This document shows positions 10,366 to 21,249 of a stretch of 64,000 nucleotides of DNA, piece after piece. A program made the translations under genes and the position numbers. The stretch covers positions 83 to 64,082 of the forward strand of contig CANJLC010000011.1 in the NCBI GenBank assembly GCA_947475445.1, read 5' to 3'. Position 1 is the stretch's first letter. The number at the start of each line of letters is the position of its first letter. The notes below the pieces were generated by a model, which was not told where the DNA came from, made no database searches, and worked only from the letters and a program-made list of their open reading frames with translations. Origin of the DNA: Alphaproteobacteria bacterium. Lineage in GTDB: Bacteria > Pseudomonadota > Alphaproteobacteria > Micropepsales > Micropepsaceae.

Positions 10366-11099
10366 GCCCTCCTGCGAGCGATGAAACATTCCTGGACGGC
10401 CGGGTCCGGGTGAAGCAGCCCCAGACCGGTTTTCGCTCCGGCATGGATGCCGTCATGCTGGCGGCCGCCGTGCCGGCCCGGCCGGGCGAAGCGGCGCTGG
10501 AACTGGGAGCAGGGGCGGGAACCGCCAGCCTGTGCCTGGGTGCGCGGGTGCCCCATGTCGTCACCACCGGCGTGGAAATTGATCCCGTGCTGGTGGAACT
10601 GGCGAACCGCAATGCGGCGGTGAACGGCATGGCGGAGCGCATGCGCTTTGTCGCGCACGACGTCTTCGCGCTGCCGCCGGACCTCAAGCGCGACTTCGAC
10701 CAGGTGCTGGTCAACCCCCCGTTTCATGGCGAGGGCCGGCTGCCGCCCGATCCAGCCCGGGCGCGGGCGCTCAACGACGACGGCCAGTTGATGAACTGGA
10801 TGAAGCTCGGCTTTCAACGCACGGTTTCCGGTGGATTTCTTACCGCCATCCTGCGCGCCGACCGGCTGTCCGAAGGCTTGGCGGCGCTGCCCATCGCGGG
10901 GGTAAACGTCTTTCCCCTCTGGCCGCGGGCCGGGGAAGCCGCCAAGCGGGTGATCCTGCAGGCCCGCAAGGGTTCCGCGGCTCCCTTGGCCCTTTTGCCC
11001 GGATTGATTTTGCACGATGCGACAGGGGCTTATACCCCCGAAGCTGACGCGGTGCTGCGCTGCGGCGCGGCGCTTGCCCTGACTAGGGGCGGTCTGTAG
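10362..11099 (+). CDS. SAM-dependent N6-adenine-type methyltransferase
   Basis: SAM motif [13 protein letters not shown] and catalytic VLVNPPFH (NPPF). Confidence 0.7.
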   Translation: MSPPASDETFLDGRVRVKQPQTGFRSGMDAVMLAAAVPARPGEAALELGAGAGTASLCLGARVPHVVTTGVEIDPVLVELANRNAAVNGMAERMRFVAHDVFALPPDLKRDFDQVLVNPPFHGEGRLPPDPARARALNDDGQLMNWMKLGFQRTVSGGFLTAILRADRLSEGLAALPIAGVNVFPLWPRAGEAAKRVILQARKGSAAPLALLPGLILHDATGAYTPEADAVLRCGAALALTRGGL

Positions 11100-11128
11100 G
11101 TTCCGGCCATCTCCAAGGATGCCGACTC

Positions 11129-12013
11129 GTGGCCGGGAAACTGACCTTTCAGGACCTGATCCTGACGCTGCAGAATTTCTGGGCGTCCAAGGGCTGCCTT
11201 ATCCTCCAGCCTTATGACAATGAGATGGGCGCGGGCACTTTCCATCCCGCAACGACATTGCGCGCACTTGGGCCGCGGCCCTGGAACGCCGCCTTCGTGC
11301 AGCCTTCGCGCCGGCCGTCCGACGGCCGCTATGGCGAGAACCCGAACCGGCTGCAGCACTATTATCAGTACCAGGTGATCCTGAAACCGGCGCCCGCCAA
11401 TGTGCAGGAGATGTACCTGGAGTCCCTCAAGGCCATTGGCCTGGACCCGGCGCTGCACGACATCCGCTTTGTCGAGGATGACTGGGAAAGCCCCACCCTG
11501 GGCGCCGCCGGCCTTGGCTGGGAAGTGTGGTGCGACGGGATGGAGATCACCCAGTTCACCTATTTCCAGCAGGTGGGCGGCATTGAATGCGATCCGGTCT
11601 GCGCCGAGATCACCTATGGCCTCGAACGCCTGGCCATGTATGTCCAGAATATCGAGTTCGTCTACGATTTGGCCTTCAACGACCAGTTCCGCTATGGCGA
11701 GGTCTTCCACCAGAATGAACAGGAATTCTCGGCCTTCAATTTCGAGCGGGCCGACACCGAAATCCTGTTCCAGCATTTCAAGGATGCCGAGAAGCAGTGC
11801 CAGGCGCTGCTGGCGGGCGAAAAGGCGTTGCCGCTGCCGGCCTATGACCAGTGCATCAAGGCCAGCCACGCCTTCAACCTCCTGCAGGCGAGGGGCGTCA
11901 TCAGCGTCACCGAGCGCGCCGCCTATATCGGCCGGGTGCGGGCATTGGCCCAGGCCTGCTGCGAAGCCTGGTTGAAGACAGATATGGGCGCCTACAAGCC
12001 GAGGTTCGCGTAA
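11129..12013 (+). CDS. glyQ: glycine--tRNA ligase alpha subunit
   Basis: [17 protein letters not shown]...[26 protein letters not shown], a highly conserved GlyQ sequence. Confidence 0.95.
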   Translation: MAGKLTFQDLILTLQNFWASKGCLILQPYDNEMGAGTFHPATTLRALGPRPWNAAFVQPSRRPSDGRYGENPNRLQHYYQYQVILKPAPANVQEMYLESLKAIGLDPALHDIRFVEDDWESPTLGAAGLGWEVWCDGMEITQFTYFQQVGGIECDPVCAEITYGLERLAMYVQNIEFVYDLAFNDQFRYGEVFHQNEQEFSAFNFERADTEILFQHFKDAEKQCQALLAGEKALPLPAYDQCIKASHAFNLLQARGVISVTERAAYIGRVRALAQACCEAWLKTDMGAYKPRFA

Positions 12014-14025
12014 TGCCGGACCTGCTGCTTGAATTGTTCAGCGAAGAAATTCCCGCCCGCATGCAGGCTGGTGCCGCCAGGGACCTTGAGCGGCTGGTCA
12101 CCGGCGCGCTGACGGACCGCGGTTTCCTGTTTGAAGGCATCAAGGCGGTTGCCGGGCCGCGCCGCCTGACCCTGGCCGTGACGGGCCTGCCCGCCAAGCA
12201 GGGCGATGTGCGCGAGGAATTGAAAGGCCCGCGCACGGACGCGCCGCAGGCCGCGCTGGATGGCTTTTTGAAAAAGACCGGCCTGACCAGGGACCAGCTC
12301 AAGGTGGAGAAAACCGCCAAGGGCGATGTTTACATGGCGCTGATCGAGCGCGCCGGACGCGAAACACCACAAGTGCTGGCGGAAATCCTGCCCGAACTTT
12401 TGCCCAAACTGCCCTGGCCAAAATCCATGCGCTGGCGGCCGTCTGATCCGGTGCGCTGGGTGCGCCCGCTGCATTCCATCATCGCCACCTTTGACGGCGA
12501 AGTGGTGCCCTTCAGTTTCGCGGGCATCCAGAGCGGCAATACCACCATGGGCCACCGCTTTTTGTCCAAGGGCCCCCTCACGGTGCGGCGCTTCGACGAT
12601 TACGAAGCCGCGCTCAAGAAAGCGCATGTCCAGCTGGATGCCGAGGAACGCAAGGCCGTGATAGCCGAAGGCGTGAAGACGGCCGCTTTTGTGCATCAGC
12701 TGGAAATGATCCCGGACGAGGGGTTGTTGAACGAAGTGGCAGGCCTGGCGGAATGGCCGGTGATCCTGGTCGGCACTATCGAAAACCAGTTCATGGATGT
12801 GCCCGCGGAAATTCTTCAGACATCCATGCGCACGCACCAGAAATATTTCAGCCTGCGCGATCTCAATACCGGGAAAATGGCCAACCGCTTTGCCCTGGTC
12901 GCCAACATGATCGCCGAAGATGGCGGCAAGGAAATCATTGCCGGCAACGAGCGCGTCCTGCGCGCCCGCCTGTTCGACGCCAAATTCTTCTGGGACGAGG
13001 ATCGCAAGACAAAGCTGGCGGATCGCGTGGATGCCCTCAAAGGCATTGTTTTTCACGCCAAGCTGGGCACGCAATTCGAGCGCGTCGAGCGTATTGCCAA
13101 ACTGGCCGGCGAAGTCGCGGGAAAGATTGGTGCGGACCCGAAGAAATCCGAGCGCGCCGCGCGCCTGGCCAAGGCCGATTTGACGACCGGCGTGGTGGGG
13201 GAATTCCCGGAGCTTCAGGGCGTGATGGGCCGCTATTACGCGCTGCACGACAAGGAAGACGCCGAGATCGCTGACGCCATACGCGATCATTACAAGCCGG
13301 TTGGTCCATCCGATGCCGTACCTGCGGGGAAAATCGCCATGGCCGTGGCGCTGGCCGACAAGCTGGATGCGCTAACCGGATTTTTCGCGGCCGGTGAAAA
13401 GCCCACGGGCTCCGGAGACCCTTTTGCGCTGCGCCGTGCTGCGCTGGGGGTGATCCGAATTGTTGTCGAGAACAAGCTTTGTCTGCCGCTGGCCGTGTCC
13501 GATGACCTTCTGGTGTTCTTCGCCGAACGCCTCAAAGTCGCGCTGAAGGAAAAGGGTGTCCGTCACGACCTGATCGACGCCATTTTTGCCCTGGGACGCG
13601 AGAATGACCTGGTCCGGCTGGTTGCCCGCGTCGAGGCGCTGCAGGCGTTTCTCAAGACAGAGGACGGAACCAACCTGCTGGCAGGCTATAAGCGGGCCGC
13701 CAATATCCTCAAGGCCGAGGAGAAACAGGACGCCAAAACCTACACATCCGAGGTGCAGGACGGGCTTCTGGCTGTACCGGCCGAGAAAAATCTGTATACG
13801 GCGCTGGCAAAAGCCAAGGCGGGCATTAGCCCAGCCCTGGACGCTGAGGATTTCTCAGCCGCCATGCGGCAGATGGCGTCCTTGCGGGGCCCGGTGGATG
13901 CGTTTTTTGATGACGTGAAAGTCAATGACGAAAATCCGAAGCTGCGCGAAAACCGGCTGAATTTGCTGGCTTCCCTTCGTGCGGCGCTTCACCAGGTGGC
14001 GGATTTTTCCAGAGTGGAAGGTTAG
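12013..14025 (+). CDS. glyS: glycine--tRNA ligase beta subunit
   Basis: [18 protein letters not shown] start, overlapping the glyQ stop (TAATG). Length and position are typical of GlyS. Confidence 0.9.
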   Translation: MPDLLLELFSEEIPARMQAGAARDLERLVTGALTDRGFLFEGIKAVAGPRRLTLAVTGLPAKQGDVREELKGPRTDAPQAALDGFLKKTGLTRDQLKVEKTAKGDVYMALIERAGRETPQVLAEILPELLPKLPWPKSMRWRPSDPVRWVRPLHSIIATFDGEVVPFSFAGIQSGNTTMGHRFLSKGPLTVRRFDDYEAALKKAHVQLDAEERKAVIAEGVKTAAFVHQLEMIPDEGLLNEVAGLAEWPVILVGTIENQFMDVPAEILQTSMRTHQKYFSLRDLNTGKMANRFALVANMIAEDGGKEIIAGNERVLRARLFDAKFFWDEDRKTKLADRVDALKGIVFHAKLGTQFERVERIAKLAGEVAGKIGADPKKSERAARLAKADLTTGVVGEFPELQGVMGRYYALHDKEDAEIADAIRDHYKPVGPSDAVPAGKIAMAVALADKLDALTGFFAAGEKPTGSGDPFALRRAALGVIRIVVENKLCLPLAVSDDLLVFFAERLKVALKEKGVRHDLIDAIFALGRENDLVRLVARVEALQAFLKTEDGTNLLAGYKRAANILKAEEKQDAKTYTSEVQDGLLAVPAEKNLYTALAKAKAGISPALDAEDFSAAMRQMASLRGPVDAFFDDVKVNDENPKLRENRLNLLASLRAALHQVADFSRVEG

Positions 14026-16703
14026 TGATGACGAAGTGGGTTTATTCTTTCGGTGACGGCAAGTCCGAAGGCGAAGCGGGAATGAAGACCCTGCTTGGCG
14101 GCAAGGGCGCCAATCTGGCCGAGATGAGCAACCTTGGCCTGCCGGTCCCGCCGGGCTTTTCCATCACCACCGAAGTCTGCACCCATTATTATGCCAATGG
14201 CGAAACCTATCCGGCTGAACTGAAGGCGCAGGTCGCCGAGGCCGTGAAGAAGATCGGCGCTGCCGCCGGCGGCACGCTGGGCGATCCGGCCAAACCGTTA
14301 CTGGTCTCCGTGCGCTCGGGCGCGCGTGTTTCCATGCCGGGCATGATGGACACGGTGCTCAACCTGGGCCTCAACGCCGCCACCACCGAAGGCCTGGCCA
14401 AGATCACCGGCGATGCCCGCTTCGCCTATGACAGCTATCGCCGCTTCATTCAGATGTATTCCGACGTGGTGCTGGGCGTGGAGCATGCCCATTTCGAGGA
14501 AATCCTCGACATGCGCAAGGAAGAGAAGGGTGTTGAACTCGACACAGAGCTGGATGCCGAGGACCTCAAAGCCATCGCAGCGCAATTCAAGGCACAGGTC
14601 CAGAACGAGCTGGGCAAGCCCTTCCCGGAAAGCGTCGAGGAGCAATTGTGGGGCGCGATCGGCGCCGTGTTCGGCAGCTGGCGCAGCCCGCGCGCCAACA
14701 CCTACCGCAGGCTCAACAACATTCCCGAGGAGTGGGGCACCGCCGTCACCGTGCAGGCCATGGTGTTCGGAAATATGGGTGAGACATCGGCCACCGGGGT
14801 CGCCTTCACCCGCGATCCGGCCACGGGCGAAAAATTGCTTTACGGCGAATTCCTCATCAATGCCCAGGGCGAAGACGTGGTGGCGGGCATCCGCACCCCG
14901 CAGCCCATCACCAAGATCGTGCGCGAACGCCAGGGCGGCAGGAAGCCGTCCATGCAGGAAGCCATGCCACGCGCCTATGAGGAATTGCTGGCCATCGGCG
15001 AGCGCCTGGAAAAACATTATCGCGACATGCAGGACGTGGAATTCACCGTGCAGGACGGCAAGCTGTTCATGCTGCAGACCCGCTCGGGCAAGCGCACCGC
15101 GGAAGCGGCGCTGAAAGCCGCCGTGGACATGGTGGGCGAGGGGCTGATCGACAAGAAGATCGCCGTCACGCGCGTCGACGCGTCAGCGCTTGACCAGCTC
15201 CTGCATCCCACGCTCGATCCCCATGCGCCAAAGACCGAAATTGCCGCCGGCCTGGGCGCGTCCCCCGGTGCCGCCACCGGCGAAGTCGTGTTCACGGCGG
15301 ATGAAGCCGAAAAGCTGGCCGCCGAGCATCGCGCCGTCATACTGGTGCGCACCGAGACCAGCCCGGAAGACATTCACGGCATGCATGCCGCCAAGGGCAT
15401 CCTGACCGCCCGTGGCGGCATGACCAGCCACGCCGCCGTCGTGGCGCGCGGCATGGGCCGCCCCTGCGTCTCGGGCGCGGGCTCGCTCAAGATCGACATC
15501 GCCAAGGGCGAAATGATCACCAATGGCGTCACCGTCAAGCGGGGCGAGGTCATCACCATCGATGGCGCCGCCGGCAAGGTCTACAAGGGCGAAGTGATAA
15601 TGCGCCGCCCGGAACTGACGGGCGATTTCGGCACCCTGATGGGCTGGGCGGATGAGACCCGCAAGCTGAAGATCCGCACCAATGCCGACACGCCCGCCGA
15701 TGCCGCCGTGGCGCGCAAGTTCGGCGCCGAAGGCATCGGCCTTTGCCGCACCGAGCACATGTTCTTTGAGGCCGACCGCATCATCGCGGTGCGCCAGATG
15801 ATCCTGGCCGACAATGAAGCGGGCCGCAAAGCCGCGCTCGACAAGCTGCTGCCGATGCAGCGCGGCGACTTCGAGGGTATCTTCAAGGAGATGGAGGGGC
15901 TTCCCGTCACCATTCGCCTGCTCGATCCGCCGCTGCACGAATTCCTGCCCCACGAGGAAGAGGAAATCGCGGCGGTGGCCAAGGTTTCCGGCACCAGCGC
16001 CGATGTGCTGCGCGCCCGCACGCTCGCCTTGCACGAATCCAACCCGATGCTGGGCCATCGCGGCTGCCGCCTGGGCATTACCTATCCCGAAATCTACGAG
16101 ATGCAGGCCCGCGCCATCCTGGAGGCCGCCGCGAATGTGGAAGCCGCTGGTGGCAAGCCGGTCTTGCTGGAAATCATGATCCCGCTGGTCGGCTTCAAGA
16201 GCGAACTGGACCTGCTGGCGGCCCGCATCCATGGCGTGGCCGAGGATATCAAGAAGGCCAAGGGCAAAGTCCCGGCCTACCTGATCGGCACCATGATTGA
16301 ATTGCCCCGCGCTGCGCTCCGGGCCGCGGATATCGCCCAGACTGCGGAATTCTTTTCCTTCGGCACCAACGATCTGACCCAGACCACGCTGGGCGTGTCG
16401 CGCGATGACGCCGGCACCTTCCTTGGCGAGTATCTATCCAAGGGCCTGATCCCGCGTGATCCCTTCGTCTCGATCGATACCGAGGGCGTTGGCGAACTGA
16501 TTCGCATCGCCGCCCAGCGCGGCCGCTCATCCCGCGCGAATCTCAAGCTCGGCATCTGCGGCGAGCATGGCGGCGACCCCGCTTCGATCCAGTTCTGCCA
16601 CGACTCAGGACTCGATTACGTGTCCTGTTCGCCCTTCCGCGTGCCAATTGCGCGACTCGCGGCAGCGCAGGCGGTCCTGCGGTCGGACACAAAAAAGTCG
16701 TAA
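14025..16703 (+). CDS. ppdK: pyruvate, phosphate dikinase
   Basis: GGKGANLAEM, phosphohistidine region GGMTSHAAVVARGMG, and C-terminal PEP-utilising domain FFSFGTNDLTQ. Confidence 0.95.
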   Translation: MMTKWVYSFGDGKSEGEAGMKTLLGGKGANLAEMSNLGLPVPPGFSITTEVCTHYYANGETYPAELKAQVAEAVKKIGAAAGGTLGDPAKPLLVSVRSGARVSMPGMMDTVLNLGLNAATTEGLAKITGDARFAYDSYRRFIQMYSDVVLGVEHAHFEEILDMRKEEKGVELDTELDAEDLKAIAAQFKAQVQNELGKPFPESVEEQLWGAIGAVFGSWRSPRANTYRRLNNIPEEWGTAVTVQAMVFGNMGETSATGVAFTRDPATGEKLLYGEFLINAQGEDVVAGIRTPQPITKIVRERQGGRKPSMQEAMPRAYEELLAIGERLEKHYRDMQDVEFTVQDGKLFMLQTRSGKRTAEAALKAAVDMVGEGLIDKKIAVTRVDASALDQLLHPTLDPHAPKTEIAAGLGASPGAATGEVVFTADEAEKLAAEHRAVILVRTETSPEDIHGMHAAKGILTARGGMTSHAAVVARGMGRPCVSGAGSLKIDIAKGEMITNGVTVKRGEVITIDGAAGKVYKGEVIMRRPELTGDFGTLMGWADETRKLKIRTNADTPADAAVARKFGAEGIGLCRTEHMFFEADRIIAVRQMILADNEAGRKAALDKLLPMQRGDFEGIFKEMEGLPVTIRLLDPPLHEFLPHEEEEIAAVAKVSGTSADVLRARTLALHESNPMLGHRGCRLGITYPEIYEMQARAILEAAANVEAAGGKPVLLEIMIPLVGFKSELDLLAARIHGVAEDIKKAKGKVPAYLIGTMIELPRAALRAADIAQTAEFFSFGTNDLTQTTLGVSRDDAGTFLGEYLSKGLIPRDPFVSIDTEGVGELIRIAAQRGRSSRANLKLGICGEHGGDPASIQFCHDSGLDYVSCSPFRVPIARLAAAQAVLRSDTKKS

Positions 16704-17002
16704 TCCGTGTACGGACGATACAGGAAAACCCTGGATTTCCCGGGGTCAAATGACGCTGTGTCACATTAATGAAAAAAATTGTTTGACGGGGAGCTTTTTC
16801 ACGGGCTATCCCCCCGACCAGCCCGAAAGCGGGTTGGGGACCATTCGGAACTTTTTGAGGACGTAGCGAAATCGAAACAGCCTAAGTCGAAATAGCCAAG
16901 CGGATTGCACGCCTATCAAAGGGGCAAGCGAAGCGCAGACGCAATTAGATCAAGCCATATAGACCAGCGAAACCAAAAGCCGAAAAGAGTCATATTTCCA
17001 AA

Positions 17003-17647
17003 ATGCGCAAGACAAAAACGACCGACGCGTTATCGCGTTCCGACACTGTACTCATCGCGGCCCTGGCCATTATCCTGGCCACGGCAAGCGCCGCCATCGG
17101 TTCGGCCATGACCTATAATCCGTCTACGGACAAATCCCGCGCCACCGTGACGTCGGCGCTGAAGCCCGCCCCGGTGCGCGTAATCGCCGCCAGCAAGCCT
17201 GGCCCGGACGCCGTGATGACCCGCCTTTTGGCCGAGCATCGCTGCCTGTCGGAAGTCCTTTATTACGAAGCGCGCGGCGAAGGCCGCCAGGGCCAGCAGG
17301 CCGTGGCCGAGGTGGTATTCCACCGCATGAACAACGGCAATTACGGCCACTCCATCTGCGCCGTGGTCTATGAAGGCGCCAGCCACACCGGCTGCCAGTT
17401 TTCCTTCACCTGCAATGGCGACCTGACGCGCAGCAAGCAACAGGATGCCTGGCGCCAGTCCGAAATGCTGGCCGCCCAGATTCTCACCGGTGAAGTGCCG
17501 CTGCGCAACGCCACCGGCGGGGCGACCAATTACCATGCCGCATCGGTGAACCCCATCTGGGCGGACACGATGAACAAGACCACCCAGATCGGCAACCACG
17601 TCTTTTACCGTGGCAGCATCCAGGTCGCGCGCGCCCGCGAATCCTGA
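17003..17647 (+). CDS. cell-wall hydrolase, SleB family
   Basis: CLSEVLYYEARGEGRQGQQAVAEVVFHRM...CQFSFTCNG...ATNYHA, preceded by an N-terminal TM/signal segment. Confidence 0.8.
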   Translation: MRKTKTTDALSRSDTVLIAALAIILATASAAIGSAMTYNPSTDKSRATVTSALKPAPVRVIAASKPGPDAVMTRLLAEHRCLSEVLYYEARGEGRQGQQAVAEVVFHRMNNGNYGHSICAVVYEGASHTGCQFSFTCNGDLTRSKQQDAWRQSEMLAAQILTGEVPLRNATGGATNYHAASVNPIWADTMNKTTQIGNHVFYRGSIQVARARES

Positions 17648-17649
17648 TT

Positions 17650-18504
17650 TTAGAAATCCAGGCCGATATCCAGGTTCGGCGCGCTGTGCGTGATGGCGCC
17701 TGAGCTGATCACGTCCACGCCGGTTTCGGCGATGCCGCGCACGGTCGCCAGGCTGACATTGCCCGAGGCTTCCAGCACGGCGCGGCCCTGATTGATTGCC
17801 ACGGCGGCCTTCAGCTGTTCCAGCCCCATATTGTCCAGCAGCACGATGTCGGCGCCATGCGCCAGCGCTTCTTCCAGCTGCACCAGCGTATCCACTTCGA
17901 TCTCGATCCTGGCTCCTGCCGCCACCCCGTCGCGCGCCCGTTTCAGCGCCTGGGCGATGCCGCCGCTGGCCGCGATGTGGTTGTCCTTGATCAGAACCGC
18001 ATCATAAAGGCCAAAGCGGTGATTAACGCCGCCGCCGCAGCGCACGGCATATTTTTCCAGCAGCCTGAGGCCAGGAAGGGTCTTGCGGGTGCAGCTGATA
18101 CGCGCATGGGTGCCCGCTACCGCTTCGACCAGAGCCGCCGTGGCCGTGGCAACACCGGACAAATGCCCAAGGAAATTCAGCGCCACGCGCTCACCGGCCA
18201 GGAGGCTGCGGGCAGGGCCGCTGATGCTTGCCAGCACCGCACCGGCCTGCACCTTGCTGCCGTCCGGCGTCAGCACCTCGAATGTCACTGCCCGGTCCAC
18301 CAGCCGGAACGCCGCCTCAGCCGCGATCAGGCCTGCAATGGTGCCGGGCTTTCGCGCTGCCAGCCGCGCTGTCGCCCGGGTGTCTTCTGCAATGGTGAGG
18401 TTGGAGGTGATATCGCCGCTGCCAATGTCTTCTTGCAGCGCGGCCCGAACCTGCGCCTCGACCTCCTGGGGCGAGGGCGGATGGGTGAATTCCAGCGCAA
18501 TCAC
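17650..18504 (-). CDS. nadC: nicotinate-nucleotide pyrophosphorylase (carboxylating)
   Basis: Last gene of nadA-nadB-nadC with 4-nt overlaps. [25 protein letters not shown] motif. Confidence 0.9.
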   Translation of the reverse strand: MIALEFTHPPSPQEVEAQVRAALQEDIGSGDITSNLTIAEDTRATARLAARKPGTIAGLIAAEAAFRLVDRAVTFEVLTPDGSKVQAGAVLASISGPARSLLAGERVALNFLGHLSGVATATAALVEAVAGTHARISCTRKTLPGLRLLEKYAVRCGGGVNHRFGLYDAVLIKDNHIAASGGIAQALKRARDGVAAGARIEIEVDTLVQLEEALAHGADIVLLDNMGLEQLKAAVAINQGRAVLEASGNVSLATVRGIAETGVDVISSGAITHSAPNLDIGLDF

Positions 18505-20063
18505 GACCGGGCGCGTTGCAGCGGCAGCGCCCCGGTCATGCGCCTTGCCTCATCCAGGGTGAGGAAGCTGCGCGCACCAGTCTTGGCGGTTTGCTGAAAA
18601 TCGCTGCGCCAATGCGCGCCGCGCGATTCCGTTCGCGCCAGGGCGGCCGCCGTGACCAGCCGCGCCGCAGCCAGCATGTTGAGCAGGTCGCCGCTGGCGT
18701 TTCGTTCCAGCCGTTCGACCATGGTCAGGGTTTCGCCCAACCCTTCTGCGCTGCGCTCCAGCCCGACATGGCGGCTCATGGTGGCGCGCAGCGCATGCGG
18801 CGGCGCGGGCAGGGCCAGGCCCAGCGGGGCCGGCGGCAGGCCGCGCATTTCGCCCGGCAGGATCTGGTCTTTGACGTCCTCGGCCACGCGGGCGCCAAAC
18901 ACCAGGCCTTCCAGCAGCGAGTTGGAAGCCAAACGGTTCGCGCCGTGCAGGCCGGTGGAGGCGCATTCGCCCGCCACCCACAATCCCTTGAGCGAGGAAC
19001 GGCCATGCGCGTCCGAGGCAATGCCGCCCATATGGTAATGCGCGGCGGGCGCCACCGGGATGGGCTGGAGGGCCGGATCAATACCTGCGCTCATGCAGGC
19101 GGCATGGACCGTGGGGAAATGGCCGGCGAATTTCGCGCCGATCGCATCGCGGCAATCCAGGAATGTCTTGTGGCCAGCCATGATCTGGCGATGGATAGCG
19201 CGCGCCACGATATCGCGCGGCGCCAGCTCCGCATCGGCATGCACCAGGGTCATGAACCGCTCGCCGCGCTCGTTGATCAGCCGGGCGCCTTCGCCGCGCA
19301 AGGCTTCGGTGGCCAATGGCGCCGGATCACGGCCAATATCAATGGCGGTGGGATGGAACTGGACGAATTCGGCATCGGCAATCACGGCGCCGGCCCGCGC
19401 CGCCATGCCAAGGCCTTCGCCGCGTGTCTCCAGCGGATTGGTGGTGACGGCATAGAGCGCGCCAAGGCCGCCGGTTGCGAAAATCACGGCGCGGGCGCGA
19501 AACAGCACAAGGCGTGCGTCACGGCCCGAGCCATTTCGGGCAAACAAGCCCGTGACACGGCCATTTTCCATCGCCAGTTCCACGGCATGGAAACCTTCCA
19601 GCATTTTGATCGAGGGCGTCGCCAGGGCGCGCGCCGCCAGGGTAAGGGAGATTTCCGCGCCGGCCCGGTCGCCGCCGGCATGGACAATGCGGGCGCGCGA
19701 ATGGGCTGCTTCCAGCCCCAGCGCCAGATTGCCGTTGGCGTCGCGATCAAAAGGCGCGCCATAGGCGACAAGATCGGAAATGCGATCCGGCGCTTCACGT
19801 GTCACAAGATTTACGATGTGCGGGTCGCACAGGCCCGCGCCAGCGGCCAGCGTATCGGTGGCGTGGTCGCGCCAGTTATCGCCTTCGCCCACGGCTGCGG
19901 CGATGCCGCCTTGCGCCCAGGCGCTGGAGCCGGACGTGCCGGCACGCGAGCCCGCCAGCACCAGGCAGGGCAGGGGCGCCAGCTTCAAGGCCGTAAACAG
20001 GCCGGCGATACCCGCGCCCAATATCAGCGCGCCGTCGCTCTCGATGACACTGTCGATCTTCAC
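18501..20063 (-). CDS. nadB: L-aspartate oxidase
   Basis: FAD fold [10 protein letters not shown]...AQGGIAA, and HYHMGGI. Confidence 0.9.
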   Translation of the reverse strand: MKIDSVIESDGALILGAGIAGLFTALKLAPLPCLVLAGSRAGTSGSSAWAQGGIAAAVGEGDNWRDHATDTLAAGAGLCDPHIVNLVTREAPDRISDLVAYGAPFDRDANGNLALGLEAAHSRARIVHAGGDRAGAEISLTLAARALATPSIKMLEGFHAVELAMENGRVTGLFARNGSGRDARLVLFRARAVIFATGGLGALYAVTTNPLETRGEGLGMAARAGAVIADAEFVQFHPTAIDIGRDPAPLATEALRGEGARLINERGERFMTLVHADAELAPRDIVARAIHRQIMAGHKTFLDCRDAIGAKFAGHFPTVHAACMSAGIDPALQPIPVAPAAHYHMGGIASDAHGRSSLKGLWVAGECASTGLHGANRLASNSLLEGLVFGARVAEDVKDQILPGEMRGLPPAPLGLALPAPPHALRATMSRHVGLERSAEGLGETLTMVERLERNASGDLLNMLAAARLVTAAALARTESRGAHWRSDFQQTAKTGARSFLTLDEARRMTGALPLQRARS

Positions 20064-21073
20064 AGCTTCACCGCCAGCATTCGGTCAATCGCCACTTTCG
20101 CGCGCGCCGAAATAATGGGGTCCACCACCACTTCCGTGGTCATGGTCTGGAGCGAATGCAGGATGCCCTTGAGCGTGATGCGCTTCATGTGCGGGCACAA
20201 ATTGCAGGGCCGCACGAAATCCACATCGGGATATTGCACGGCGACATTGTCGCTCATGGAGCATTCGGTGATCAGCACCACCCGCGCCGGGCGATGCTCG
20301 CCGACATAGCCGATCATGGCGGCCGTGGAGCCGGCGAAATCAGCTTCCGCCACAACCTCCGGCGGGCATTCGGGATGCGCCAGGACGGTGACGCCGGGAT
20401 TGGCGGCGCGCAGTTCGCGGATTTCCTCGGGCGTAAAGCGCTCATGCACTTCGCAGGCGCCGGCCCAGGTGATGACTTTCACGCCGGTCTTGGCCGCGAC
20501 ATTCTTCGCCAGATACTGGTCGGGGATCATGATGACCGTGTCAACGCCGAATTCCCTGGCAATCTGCTCCACCACCGCCACGGCATTGCCCGAGGTGCAG
20601 CAGATGTCGCTCTCGGCCTTTACATCGGCGCTGGTGTTCACATACGTCACCACCGGCAGGCCCGGATGCTTCTGGCGCATCAGCCGCACATCCGCGCCGG
20701 TGATGGACGCGGCCAGCGAACAGCCGGCCCGCATGTCGGGAATCAGCACGGTTTTCTGCGGCGACAGGATTTTCGACGTCTCGGCCATGAAATGCACGCC
20801 CGCCTGCACGATCACGGTTGCGTCGGTGCGGGCCGCCTCGCGGGCGAGGGCCAAGCTGTCGCCGCCGAAATCGGCCACGCAGTGGAAGATTTCCGGCGTC
20901 ATGTAGTTGTGGCCGAGGATCACGGCATTGCGCTCGCGCTTCAGGCGATTGATCTCGGCGATCAACGGCGCATGGACAGGCCACTCGATCTCGGGAATGA
21001 CCCGCGAGACCTTGGCGTACAGGCCCTGCGTCGCACGCGCGACGGCATCGGTATAGACCAGTTCCACGCCCAT
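20060..21073 (-). CDS. nadA: quinolinate synthase
   Basis: AVILGHNYM...[11 protein letters not shown]...CSL...CPHMK. Start set at MGVELVY (ATG 21073); ATG 21115 is an alternative. Confidence 0.9.
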   Translation of the reverse strand: MGVELVYTDAVARATQGLYAKVSRVIPEIEWPVHAPLIAEINRLKRERNAVILGHNYMTPEIFHCVADFGGDSLALAREAARTDATVIVQAGVHFMAETSKILSPQKTVLIPDMRAGCSLAASITGADVRLMRQKHPGLPVVTYVNTSADVKAESDICCTSGNAVAVVEQIAREFGVDTVIMIPDQYLAKNVAAKTGVKVITWAGACEVHERFTPEEIRELRAANPGVTVLAHPECPPEVVAEADFAGSTAAMIGYVGEHRPARVVLITECSMSDNVAVQYPDVDFVRPCNLCPHMKRITLKGILHSLQTMTTEVVVDPIISARAKVAIDRMLAVKL

Positions 21074-21104
21074 CGTCGTTTTGCGCCCTTCCCGTTGCCA
21101 CAGA

Positions 21105-21127
21105 TTAATACTCATTTCGAGTATAAA
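21105..21127 (-). promoter_or_regulatory. palindromic operator candidate upstream of nadA (putative NadQ site 1)
   Basis: TTAATACTC-ATTTC-GAGTATAAA. Arms ATACTC/GAGTAT are perfect inverted repeats, centred about 43 nt upstream of the nadA ATG. Confidence 0.45.
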
Positions 21128-21135
21128 TATGGGGC

Positions 21136-21162
21136 AAAAAAACCGGCTTTCAAGAACCGGTT
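21136..21162 (-). terminator. possible intrinsic terminator of the upstream operon
   Basis: On the - strand, AACCGG-N10-CCGGTT followed by a T run (TTTTTTTG). Short 6-bp stem. Confidence 0.35.
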
Positions 21163-21168
21163 CAAGGC

Positions 21169-21191
21169 TTAATGCTACACCTGAGTATAAA
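21169..21191 (-). promoter_or_regulatory. second copy of the nadA-upstream palindrome (putative NadQ site 2)
   Basis: TTAATGCTA-CACCT-GAGTATAAA. 16 of 23 positions match site 1, with all differences in or next to the spacer. Centres are 64 bp apart. Confidence 0.35.
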
Positions 21192-21249
21192 CCCGTCAAG
21201 GGCCACCCGCGGCCCGCACAACGGCTTTGCGGGCGGGGAATGGCCGTTT

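Noticed and set aside
18516-20309. Very long ORFs antisense to conserved genes: 597 aa opposite nadB, 651 aa at 37323..39278 opposite sdhA, 527 aa at 49774..51357 opposite amtB/glnK, 432 aa opposite glyS, 434 aa opposite the histidine kinase, and 423 aa at 30751..32022.
   Set aside because: Their translations are Arg/Gly/Ala/His-rich low-complexity strings with no motifs. Each lies exactly opposite a gene with unmistakable conserved motifs. Long stop-free antisense frames are an expected by-product of high GC3 codon usage.
21074-21115. Longer nadA N-terminus starting at ATG 21115 or 21199.
   Set aside because: The upstream extension ([42 protein letters not shown]) is not NadA-like, has no RBS, and would run through the palindromic operator. 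ATG 21073 gives the conserved MGVELVYTD... start.
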